IMG/VR virus record: IMGVR_UViG_2585427747_000005 | Source of the DNA: a virus | Lineage: Duplodnaviria; Heunggongvirae; Uroviricota; Caudoviricetes | Strand: one strand, 5' to 3' | Length of the DNA stretch: 11,454 bases | Shown here: positions 1-7,325 of the stretch, piece by piece | How the letters are laid out: the number at the start of each line of letters is the position of its first letter | Position numbering within the stretch: the first letter of the stretch is position 1 | Position numbers and translations under genes: made by a program | The notes under the pieces: model-generated | What the model was told of the DNA's origin: nothing | What the model saw: the letters and a program-made list of their open reading frames with translations, nothing else | Databases searched by the model: none

Positions 1-1218
1 ATGAACAAACTGAGCGATACCTTGCTAAGGAAACTTCATGGTAAGCCAGCGGAGAAAAACACGTTTTATAGTGATGGCGGAAACCTGAGCGTGAAATATT
101 TAACATCAGGGAAATTGACCTGGTATTTCACATACAGGGCCGGAACGGGAAGGGAGACACGACCCGAACGCATTAAGCTGGGAAGTTATCCTGATCTGAG
201 CCTGAAAGCAGCCAGGGAAAAAGCCGCACAGTGTCGCACATGGCTGGCTGAGGGGAAAAATCCACGTCATGAGATGAATTACACCGTACAGGAAGCGTTA
301 AAGCCCGTAACGGTTGGCGATGCGCTCACCTACTGGCTTGAGTATTACGTAAAGGAAAACCGCGTGGATTATATCGCCCTGAAAAGGCGACTTAATAATC
401 ACGTAATACAGCAGATTGGTGCTATGCCGCTGGATAAATGCGAGCTACGGCACTGGCTGGCCTGTTTTGACCAGGTGGCAAAGCGAACGCCTGTTACTGC
501 CGGATTCGTGCTACAGGCGTGCAAACAGGCGCTTAAGTTCTGCCGTAGGCGGCGCTATGCAATCAGCAACGTTCTGGACGATCTGAACGTTGCGGACGTT
601 GGGAAAAAACCGGATATAAGCGAACGTGTCTTAAGTAACAAAGAACTTGGCGAATTATTGCAGGCACTGGACAAAAAAATATTCTCCCCTTACTACGTCG
701 CGTTAATCCGCCTCCTGATTGTCTTCGGAGCCAGAACGGTAGAACTGAGGTTATCGGAGATCGGGGAGTGGGATTTTACGGAAATGCTATGGACCGTTCC
801 GAAGGAGCACAGCAAAACGAAGGTCGCAATATTCCGGCCCATACCGGAAGCGATCCTGCCGTTCGTCACGCAGCTGGTGGAGCAGAACAGGCACACGGGC
901 TTATTGCTGGGGGAAGTGAAACAGGAGGCCAGCGTATCGCAGTATGGAAGATTAGCGCACTGGAGGCTTAATCACCCTCACTGGTCACTGCATGACATCC
1001 GGCGCACCTTTACAACCATGCTGAACGATTTAGGCGTTGATCCGCATGTCGTGGAGCAGCTTACAGGCCACCAGATGCCAGGAATGCAGCGAGTTTATAA
1101 TCATTCCCGTTATCTGGATGCGAAACGCAATGCGCTGGATATGTGGACGGAGCGGTTAGGGATACTGGCGGGAAAACATGAAAACGTAACCACGCTACCC
1201 GTAGCCAGAAGAAAATAA
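1..1218 (+). CDS. int: Tyrosine site-specific integrase, P4/CP4-57 family
   Basis: 405-aa ORF starting with ATG at 1; N-terminal arm-binding-type region (SDGGNLSVKY..WYFTYR); C-terminal catalytic motifs HDIRRT and VYNHSRY (HxxR and the catalytic Tyr). Confidence 0.9.
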   Translation: MNKLSDTLLRKLHGKPAEKNTFYSDGGNLSVKYLTSGKLTWYFTYRAGTGRETRPERIKLGSYPDLSLKAAREKAAQCRTWLAEGKNPRHEMNYTVQEALKPVTVGDALTYWLEYYVKENRVDYIALKRRLNNHVIQQIGAMPLDKCELRHWLACFDQVAKRTPVTAGFVLQACKQALKFCRRRRYAISNVLDDLNVADVGKKPDISERVLSNKELGELLQALDKKIFSPYYVALIRLLIVFGARTVELRLSEIGEWDFTEMLWTVPKEHSKTKVAIFRPIPEAILPFVTQLVEQNRHTGLLLGEVKQEASVSQYGRLAHWRLNHPHWSLHDIRRTFTTMLNDLGVDPHVVEQLTGHQMPGMQRVYNHSRYLDAKRNALDMWTERLGILAGKHENVTTLPVARRK

Positions 1219-1235
1219 TTTTTTTCGTGTTTTTT

Positions 1236-1251
1236 CAGTATGCGCATACTG
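1236..1251. promoter_or_regulatory. Perfect 16-bp palindrome CAGTATGCGCATACTG just downstream of the int stop
   Basis: Read directly; no flanking U-tract, so more likely a protein-binding site than an intrinsic terminator. Confidence 0.35.
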
Positions 1252-1273
1252 GATATGCGAACAGATACAACGT

Positions 1274-1313
1274 GCAACAATGAGCAACAATGTGGAACAA
1301 CTACGAACAAGAG
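1274..1313. repeat. Four tandem helically phased 10-bp repeats (GCAACAATGA, GCAACAATGT, GGAACAACTA, CGAACAAGAG)
   Basis: Exact 10-bp periodicity at 1274, 1284, 1294 and 1304, in the int-alpA intergenic region. Confidence 0.45.
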
Positions 1314-1583
1314 GCGAAAAAGCGTACGGATTTATAAGTAGCTGATTTTTAATGTGTTACTGGTTTTTTGTACACTAGCGAATCACTCTTTAAAGAGCGA
1401 GAAAAAAGGCATGGAACAATATTTTATGCCTTTGTATTAACATGAATTTAAAAGATTTTATTCTTACTGTTTCATTTTCTGTAAATCATACATCCTCAGT
1501 ATTTGCCATTCATCACTCTAGCGGGAACAATACGACACAATAAGACACCTGATGACTCTTTAAGAAACGAAAGGGGGGCAATA

Positions 1584-1772
1584 GTGTTAAGCACTGATCG
1601 GTTTATACGTGAAAAAGAATGCGAAAAACTAACCGGCCTTAGCCGTACGTGTCGCTACCGCCTGGAAAAGGCCGGACAATTCCCATCACGTCGTAAACTT
1701 GGCGGTCGTTCCGTTGGATGGTCTTTATCCGAGGTTCTGGCCTGGAAGGATAGCTGCAAGGCAGTTCATTAA
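1584..1772 (+). CDS. alpA: AlpA-family (Xis-like) transcriptional regulator / recombination directionality factor
   Basis: GTG start at 1584 preceded by a strong Shine-Dalgarno (AAAGGGGGG, 1571-1578); HTH segment LTGLSRTCRYRLEKAGQFP and KLGGRSVGW typical of the AlpA family. The track ORF starts at a TTG at 1503, which is unlikely. Confidence 0.8.
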   Translation: MLSTDRFIREKECEKLTGLSRTCRYRLEKAGQFPSRRKLGGRSVGWSLSEVLAWKDSCKAVH

Positions 1773-1918
1773 TCACGCTGGCGGCACGCAGCCGCCACAC
1801 ATCAATCATCTGAACACAGAGCTATAACCATGAAGATTGAATATACGCCAGAACGTGGGCGGGGATTCGTTCGCCCTGGTGAAACTGAAAAACAACAAAA
1901 TTGGGGTTTTTCAGGTAT

Positions 1919-1948
1919 AAAAAAAGCGGCCCCGAAATGGAGCCGCCT
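1919..1948 (-). terminator. Rho-independent terminator for the leftward small-gene operon
   Basis: On the minus strand GGCGGCUCC-AUUUC-GGGGCCGC forms an 8-bp stem with a 5-nt loop, followed by a 7-U run. Confidence 0.6.
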
Positions 1949-2041
1949 TTCTGAACAGATAACCCGCTGCGCCGTTTGTGTGTGTGATCCCAAACATAAG
2001 CACGGGGATGATAGCCGTTATCAGGCTGGTGGGCAATGCAA

Positions 2042-2230
2042 TCAGTCTGGTTCAGTTCGTTGCCATACCTGCAATGAGCGCTTTTCCCTGTACTCTTTAA
2101 GGAATTGCTCAAGGGCAAAAGCACATGGCGCGAATCTTTCTGATTCATGCTCTATCTTTCTGCGCCGTCTTTTCCGTGCCGGTGATAATGTTTTGGTCAA
2201 TTCTTTATCGGTCATTGTGTTGTCCTGCAT
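2042..2230 (-). CDS. Small basic hypothetical protein (RKRRRRK tract)
   Basis: 62-aa ORF. The likelier start is the internal ATG at 2215, which has an AGGA Shine-Dalgarno; it lies 42 nt downstream of the RHH-like gene and upstream of the minus-strand terminator. Confidence 0.45.
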   Translation of the reverse strand: MQDNTMTDKELTKTLSPARKRRRRKIEHESERFAPCAFALEQFLKEYREKRSLQVWQRTEPD

Positions 2231-2272
2231 AGCAATGCGCCGTAATACCTTACACCACGGCGCTGATGGTGA

Positions 2273-2452
2273 TTACTCTGGTTCTTTGGCCTTGCGCCGC
2301 TGGCGATATTCAACTTCTCGTTTTAATGCCGCAGTAACAAATTGCCCCGTACTTTCGCCAGGCATTTTTACCGCCTCAACATTGTTCATAACTTCATGCG
2401 GAACCCTTGCCGCAACGGTTTGTGATTTTGCGTTTACCGCTTTTGTCGCCAT
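2273..2452 (-). CDS. Ribbon-helix-helix (Arc/CopG-like) DNA-binding protein, candidate repressor
   Basis: 59-aa ORF (MATKAVNAKSQTVAARVPHEVMNNVEAVKMPGESTGQFVTAALKREVEYRQRRKAKEPE), below the track cutoff; GAGGGG Shine-Dalgarno 8 nt before the ATG at 2452; strand-helix-helix pattern; adjacent to the operator triplet. Confidence 0.55.
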   Translation of the reverse strand: MATKAVNAKSQTVAARVPHEVMNNVEAVKMPGESTGQFVTAALKREVEYRQRRKAKEPE

Positions 2453-2502
2453 GTGGTGTACCCCTCATAAAAAACAAATGCAGTATGCAGGAAAAAAAAT
2501 AA

Positions 2503-2554
2503 GTGTTCAACACTTGACGTGTTTAACACCTGGGTTTAAATTGGTGTTCAACAC
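2503..2554. promoter_or_regulatory. Three copies of the 11-bp palindromic operator GTGTT-N-AACAC overlapping divergent promoter elements
   Basis: GTGTTCAACAC at 2503-2513, GTGTTTAACAC at 2519-2529, GTGTTCAACAC at 2544-2554; a TTGACG -35-like hexamer at 2514-2519 sits between the first two. Confidence 0.55.
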
Positions 2555-2651
2555 CTTGTTGGCGCAAGGTGCAGAAACGACGAAACCCGGCAGTGCGCTA
2601 ACACTAACCGGGCTTCTAACCACCAACGATAGCGAAAGTATCGAGGTAGCT

Positions 2652-2855
2652 ATGAGAAATCATACCACACACCCGCAAGGGCGGGACTCGCACGACCTGA
2701 ATAAATACATCTGGCGTTTTATCGCCCTGAGCACGGCACAACCGCGCGTGATTACCATCGAGGCCACCAGCGAACAGGAAGCGCGTCAGCAATCTCCGGC
2801 TGGCTGCGTGATGGTATTCGCTGCCCGTATTCGCCAGGGGTCACATCATGCGTAA
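2652..2855 (+). CDS. Icd-like / P4 Kil-region-like small protein
   Basis: 67 aa, GAGGT Shine-Dalgarno; motif YIWRF...ATSEQEARQQ...VFAARIRQG matches my recollection of the host cell division inhibitor Icd-like family. Confidence 0.55.
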   Translation: MRNHTTHPQGRDSHDLNKYIWRFIALSTAQPRVITIEATSEQEARQQSPAGCVMVFAARIRQGSHHA

Positions 2856-3141
2856 AAACCGCTTGCAAAAAATTATCACGGGGCTGTATGCTTCCCCCGT
2901 CGCCCACATGGCGACCGGGTTTGACAGCCTGAATACATCTGGCGGACAGCCGCCCACATCCGATAAGCGGTTTTTTTGTGTCCGTAAACCTACCCATACC
3001 CGCATTATGGCGGGGCGTAACGGGGGAGCCTTTGTGCTCGCTGGTTTCCAGATGACCAGTCTGTCAACCCTGTTACGTCTCGCCACCATGTTTGACAGCG
3101 TAGTAGCGAGACTCCTTAAAATTCATCTGGGAGCCTTTCAC

Positions 3142-3309
3142 ATGGCTGTATCCGCACGCCCTTATTTTGTCTGGCGCTTTATGCAGTGCCTGACAGACAG
3201 CATTGCAATATTCACCGTTACCGCTGCCACTGAGCGCGAAGCACGTGCACAGCTGCCGCACGCACATCTGATTTTTGTCGCCCGTATTCGTCAGGGGGTA
3301 GGCTTATGA
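3142..3309 (+). CDS. Icd-like paralog (second copy)
   Basis: 55 aa from the ATG at 3142 (GGAG Shine-Dalgarno); YFVWRF...ATEREARAQ...FVARIRQG parallels the first copy. A longer in-frame ORF starts at 2848 but its N-terminal 98 aa look non-protein-like. Confidence 0.5.
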   Translation: MAVSARPYFVWRFMQCLTDSIAIFTVTAATEREARAQLPHAHLIFVARIRQGVGL

Positions 3310-3539
3310 GTCAGGAAATCACACTACAACAGGCAGCAGAACGCGCCCACCAAATCGAAGTTATTTGCGCACTGGCAGAGGATTACCCTGGCATGATGAC
3401 CGACAGCGAATCAGGGGCAATCATCGGCTTACTTAAACGCCTTAGCGGTGAGGTCTGCGTATTCCTGAGCGATGAACAGGAAAGAAGAACGCTTATTTCT
3501 AACGAAAAAAAATGCGGAGGGGTACACCATGTGCAATAA
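3306..3539 (+). CDS. Hypothetical small protein
   Basis: 77-aa ORF; ATG overlaps the upstream stop (ATGA), suggesting translational coupling; no recognisable motif. Confidence 0.45.
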   Translation: MSQEITLQQAAERAHQIEVICALAEDYPGMMTDSESGAIIGLLKRLSGEVCVFLSDEQERRTLISNEKKCGGVHHVQ

Positions 3540-3750
3540 CATCCGTCCGGACGCAGCAGCCGCCGCGCTCACTACGCTGATGCACGCGCTTATCGATATT
3601 GAATGCACTGCAGAGCTTGCGCAGGGAGAAGAACAGAAAGACCGGACACAGTTCGCCCTGGAATGTATCCGATACATCGCAACGCGGTCGCTGAATGAAG
3701 CTAAAAATATTCTTGTTGCTGATTGTGAAAATGGGGGGGGTTATGCGTGA
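3529..3750 (+). CDS. Hypothetical small protein
   Basis: 73 aa from the ATG at 3529 with a GGAGGGG Shine-Dalgarno (the track ORF begins at 3472); no recognisable motif. Confidence 0.4.
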   Translation: MCNNIRPDAAAAALTTLMHALIDIECTAELAQGEEQKDRTQFALECIRYIATRSLNEAKNILVADCENGGGYA

Positions 3751-3976
3751 TGATCGTTTTAATTCCCTGAAACAGGAATTTTCCGGCGTTCCTGATGATG
3801 CGGCTGATGCGCTTTCGTCAATGCCAGAACTTATTAGAGCGGCTTTTTTCTTACTTTCCACGAGAGAATATAAATCAACGGGGCTTGATGTACTGAATAT
3901 CGCCGCCGATTATGCGGAATATGTGGCAGAGGCGCGTTATAGAAGAAAATTTCCTGAGGATGTAAGCCATGCGTGA
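3743..3976 (+). CDS. Hypothetical small acidic protein
   Basis: 77 aa from the ATG at 3743 after a G-rich Shine-Dalgarno; start embedded in ATGCGTGA overlapping the upstream stop. Confidence 0.45.
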   Translation: MRDDRFNSLKQEFSGVPDDAADALSSMPELIRAAFFLLSTREYKSTGLDVLNIAADYAEYVAEARYRRKFPEDVSHA

Positions 3977-4202
3977 TATTTACCACGAAACAATAGACCG
4001 CGCATTTCTTGCACTTTCTCACAGTGAAAACATGCTGGAAATATTGCGCATATGGCTTGAAACACTTGGCGACAATGAACGCGACAAACAAAAATCAAGA
4101 ATTGCCACGGCATTAATAACGCTTCTTGAGCCTGTAATAATGGAACTGCAAGAAATAGATCTATTGCACGACAGATATAAAGAACAGCACACCGGAGAAT
4201 AA
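3969..4202 (+). CDS. Hypothetical small protein
   Basis: 77-aa ORF; ATGCGTGA start/stop overlap with the upstream gene; helical-looking sequence. Confidence 0.5.
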   Translation: MRDIYHETIDRAFLALSHSENMLEILRIWLETLGDNERDKQKSRIATALITLLEPVIMELQEIDLLHDRYKEQHTGE

Positions 4203-4207
4203 AAATA

Positions 4208-4507
4208 ATGAAACTTAAATATTCTGGCTTAACTGCCAGTGGCAACACTCACCCTAAATTTACGCGCGGCGATATTTACCGCGACCAGTACGGCGGCACG
4301 GTAATGATTAAGGGCGTGGAAGAACGGCGCGTAACCTACCGCCGTGAAGGTTACGAATATGATTGCGTGATGCCTGTTTATCAGTTCCGGCGTGATTTTT
4401 CTCTGGTACAGACCGCGCCGCATAACGTGTCCACCAGCAACGCCAGGGCACGGGCAAACATCCAGAAGCTGAAAACCATGATTAACGGATTCAGGGGTAA
4501 AAAATGA
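4208..4507 (+). CDS. Hypothetical protein
   Basis: 99-aa ORF, GGAGA Shine-Dalgarno; stop overlaps the start of the replication gene (ATGA). Confidence 0.5.
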   Translation: MKLKYSGLTASGNTHPKFTRGDIYRDQYGGTVMIKGVEERRVTYRREGYEYDCVMPVYQFRRDFSLVQTAPHNVSTSNARARANIQKLKTMINGFRGKK

Positions 4508-6258
4508 AACTGGCACCGAACGTAAAACAGCAGTCACGCGGCATAAAACACAAAGAAACAGAAGTCATTATTTTTGCGGGTAGTGATGCCTGGTCACACG
4601 CAAAACAATGGCAGGAACATGACGCGCGTATGGCCGGAGATAATGAGCCTCCTGTGTGGCTTGGGGAGCAGCAGTTATCCGAACTGGATAAGCTGCAAAT
4701 TGTGCCGGAAGGCAGAAAATCCGTGCGCATATTCAGGGCCGGATATCTTGCGCCAGTAATGATAAAGGCGATTGGTCAGAAGCTGGCGGCGGCAGGCGTA
4801 CAGGATGCAAATTTTTACCCTGATGGTATGCACGGTCAGAAGGTGGAGAACTGGCGCGAATATCTGGCCCGTGAGCGCCAGAATCTTTCTGATGGTCTGG
4901 TCATTGAGCTTCCGGTAAAGCAAAAGGCGCAACTTTCGCAGATGGCGGACAGTGAGCGCGCGCAGCTGCTTGCCGATCGCTTTGATGGCGTTTGCGTACA
5001 TCCTGAAAGTGAAATCGTTCACGTATGGCGCGGCGGGGGATGGTGTCCGGTCAGCACAATGGAACTTAGCCGCGAAATGGTGGCGATCTATTCAGAGCAC
5101 AGGGCCACTTTCAGCAAGCGCGTAATCAATAACGCCGTGGAAGCGTTAAAAGTTATTGCCGAACCAATGGGCGAGCCGTCCGGCGATTTGTTGCCGTTCG
5201 CCAATGGTGCGCTTGACCTGAAAACGGGGGAATTTTCCCCGCACACGCCGGAGAACTGGATCACCACGCACAACGGCATTGAGTACACGCCACCAGCACC
5301 AGGGGAGAACATCCGCGATAACGCGCCAAACTTTCATAAATGGCTTGAGCACGCAGCCGGAAAAGACCCGCGCAAGATGATGCGTATATGTGCCGCGCTG
5401 TACATGATTATGGCGAACCGGTACGACTGGCAGATGTTTATTGAGGCCACCGGAGACGGCGGGAGCGGTAAAAGTACATTCACACACATAGCCAGCCTTC
5501 TGGCAGGGAAACAGAACACGGTAAGCGCTGAAATGACATCGCTTGATGATGCTGGTGGACGTGCGCAGGTTGTCGGGAGTCGTCTTATCGTCCTGGCTGA
5601 CCAGCCGAAATATACAGGCGAAGGAACGGGCATCAAGAAAATCACGGGCGGTGACCCCGTGGAAATTAACCCGAAATACGAAAAGCGTTTCACGGCGGTA
5701 ATCAGGGCGGTGGTGCTGGCGACCAACAATAACCCGATGATATTCACCGAACGGGCCGGAGGTGTGGCACGTCGTCGCGTGATTTTCCGTTTCGACAATA
5801 TCGTCAGTGAGGCCGAAAAAGACAGGGAGCTACCGGAAAAGATCGCGGCTGAAATCCCTGTCATTATCCGCCGATTGCTGGCGAACTTTACCGACCCTGA
5901 GAAGGCACGGGCTTTACTACTGGAACAGCGTGACGGTGATGAAGCTCTGGCAATAAAGCAACAGACGGATCCGGTTATTGAGTTTTGCCAGTTCCTGAAT
6001 TTTCTGGAGGAAGCGCGCGGCCTGATGATGGGGGGCGGTGGCGATTCAGTGAAGTACACGACCAGGAACAGCCTTTACCGCGTCTATCTGGCGTTTATGG
6101 CATACGCAGGCAGGAGCAAACCGCTAAACGTAAATGACTTTGGCAAGGCTATGAAGCCAGCCGCGAAAGTTTACGGACATGAATATATTACGCGGAAAGT
6201 TAAGGGAGTAACGCAGACTAACGCAATAACAACAGACGATTGCGACGCGTTTTTATAA
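4504..6258 (+). CDS. Replication initiator: P4-alpha-family primase C-terminal domain / SF3-type NTPase
   Basis: 584 aa; Walker A GDGGSGKST, Walker B-like RLIVLADQ, D5_N-like segment LPFANGALDLKTGEF; no obvious TOPRIM primase motif seen in the N-terminal third. Confidence 0.85.
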   Translation: MKLAPNVKQQSRGIKHKETEVIIFAGSDAWSHAKQWQEHDARMAGDNEPPVWLGEQQLSELDKLQIVPEGRKSVRIFRAGYLAPVMIKAIGQKLAAAGVQDANFYPDGMHGQKVENWREYLARERQNLSDGLVIELPVKQKAQLSQMADSERAQLLADRFDGVCVHPESEIVHVWRGGGWCPVSTMELSREMVAIYSEHRATFSKRVINNAVEALKVIAEPMGEPSGDLLPFANGALDLKTGEFSPHTPENWITTHNGIEYTPPAPGENIRDNAPNFHKWLEHAAGKDPRKMMRICAALYMIMANRYDWQMFIEATGDGGSGKSTFTHIASLLAGKQNTVSAEMTSLDDAGGRAQVVGSRLIVLADQPKYTGEGTGIKKITGGDPVEINPKYEKRFTAVIRAVVLATNNNPMIFTERAGGVARRRVIFRFDNIVSEAEKDRELPEKIAAEIPVIIRRLLANFTDPEKARALLLEQRDGDEALAIKQQTDPVIEFCQFLNFLEEARGLMMGGGGDSVKYTTRNSLYRVYLAFMAYAGRSKPLNVNDFGKAMKPAAKVYGHEYITRKVKGVTQTNAITTDDCDAFL

Positions 6259-6270
6259 TTTTTTGCAATG

Positions 6271-6498
6271 GCTGTCTACCCTGTCTACCTGAGTAAAGAA
6301 AAATACATTTAATTCAGTATATTAACTTAGGTAGGCAGCCTTTTTTCACTGTCTACCTACTATCTACCCTCTCTACCTGATTTTACCTGAATCAGACAGG
6401 GAGGTAGATACGGGGTAGATAGTGGATAAAAGCACTCTACCCCGCTGAAAGCCGCGCCATTACTGGCATGAGAGCCAGTAAGGTAGATAAGGTAGACA
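6271..6498. repeat. Origin of replication: iteron array (TGTCTACC and variants, both orientations)
   Basis: TGTCTACC at 6273, 6282 and 6350; ATCTACC at 6362; CTCTACC at 6371 and 6434; inverted GGTAGATA/GGTAGACA at 6403, 6414, 6482 and 6491; immediately downstream of the replication gene. Confidence 0.7.
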
Positions 6499-6546
6499 AG
6501 GGGAGGCACAACTCAAAACTTTTTAAACGAGGGGGTAAAAATAAAA

Positions 6547-6804
6547 ATGCGCACATCAGGAAAACTTAATAATCAGAAGAAGCAGCATAACCGCGCCATT
6601 GACCTTACAGAGCACTGGCTGAGAGTGGCGATAAAAATCATCGACCGCAACACGGGGGAAGGATACGCGAAAGCACATCCCGACCTGATAAGCGCATTCA
6701 TGACCACGGCGGCGGCAAACTTTGCCACGCTGACAGAACGGGAGATTGCCGAAGCGGAACAGGTAACAACCATCAACGTTAAAACCGGAGAGGTGGAATC
6801 ATGA
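6547..6804 (+). CDS. Hypothetical protein
   Basis: 85-aa ORF with a GAGGGGG Shine-Dalgarno; stop overlaps the SSB start (ATGA). Confidence 0.5.
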   Translation: MRTSGKLNNQKKQHNRAIDLTEHWLRVAIKIIDRNTGEGYAKAHPDLISAFMTTAAANFATLTEREIAEAEQVTTINVKTGEVES

Positions 6805-7223
6805 CAGCACAGATAGCAGCTTACGGGCGGCTGGTGGACGACCCGCAGGTAAAACAGACCAGCAAGGGCACACCAATGACGCTGGCACGTATGGCGGTCC
6901 CCCTTCCGTGCAGCCAGGCAGATGACGGAACGGCGACGATGTGGTTATCCGTCCTGGCATTTGGCAGACAGGCCGAAGCACTGGAAAGGCACCGCAAGGG
7001 TGAACTCCTGAGCGTGGCGGGTAACATGCAGATCAGCCAGTGGACTGGGCAGAACGGAGAAACGCGGCAGGGCTGGCAGGTTATCGCAGACAGTGTAATC
7101 AGTGCGCGAACGGCGCGACTGGGCGGCAAAAAAGGTCAACAGGGCCAGGCTACTGACGCGCTGAACAGGGCAAAACAACAGGCGGGGAATGATGATCCGT
7201 ACGGGGATAACATACCGTTTTAA
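6801..7223 (+). CDS. ssb: Single-stranded DNA-binding protein (SSB-like)
   Basis: 140 aa; OB-fold-like conserved positions (W..V.AFG..AE, RKG, W....G..R) and an acidic C-terminal tip DDPYGDNIPF resembling the E. coli SSB D-IPF tail. Confidence 0.75.
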   Translation: MTAQIAAYGRLVDDPQVKQTSKGTPMTLARMAVPLPCSQADDGTATMWLSVLAFGRQAEALERHRKGELLSVAGNMQISQWTGQNGETRQGWQVIADSVISARTARLGGKKGQQGQATDALNRAKQQAGNDDPYGDNIPF

Positions 7224-7239
7224 GCGACGAGTGACAGAA

Positions 7240-7261
7240 GCCGGAGCAATCCGGCTTTTTT
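7240..7261 (+). terminator. Rho-independent terminator after ssb
   Basis: GCCGGA-gcaa-TCCGGC stem-loop followed by 6 T. Confidence 0.7.
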
Positions 7262-7325
7262 ACGGGGCCTCCTGGCGGGGTGGGCCTGAACACGGGGCGG
7301 GAGGCGCGGAAAAAAGCGCATTTTT
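7262..7325 (+). other. Degenerate cos-like repeat (diverged copy of the cosQ/cosN segment)
   Basis: ACGGGGCCTCCTGGCGGGGTGGGCCTGAACACGGGGCGGGAGGCGCGG aligns by eye with 9702-9755, but the cosN core is altered. Confidence 0.4.

Noticed and set aside
1780-1796. GGCGGC-acgca-GCCGCC hairpin after alpA as an intrinsic terminator
   Set aside because: No U-tract on either strand; it may still pause or stabilise RNA, but it is not a confident terminator call.
1830-2855. 341-aa plus-strand ORF, the third-largest in the track
   Set aside because: Low-complexity, Cys/Ser/Thr-rich translation with no Shine-Dalgarno; it runs antisense across two minus-strand genes with good ribosome-binding sites, a minus-strand terminator and the operator region, and fuses in frame into the first Icd-like gene. 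Most likely a chance open frame.
2848-3141. N-terminal 98 aa of the 153-aa ORF 2848-3309
   Set aside because: No protein-like character, and the segment is dense in nucleotide repeats and inverted repeats; treated as a leader/RNA region with the Icd-like gene starting at 3142. Not fully excluded, since the ATG at 2848 has a plausible Shine-Dalgarno.
5334-6059. 241-aa minus-strand ORF
   Set aside because: Lies wholly antisense inside the well-supported replication NTPase gene; Ser/Arg/Ala-rich composition typical of an antisense artefact.
6271-6498. Possible CRISPR array, because of the short repeated motif
   Set aside because: Repeats are only 7-8 bp, irregularly spaced and in both orientations, with no spacer-like unique units; this is iteron architecture, not CRISPR.
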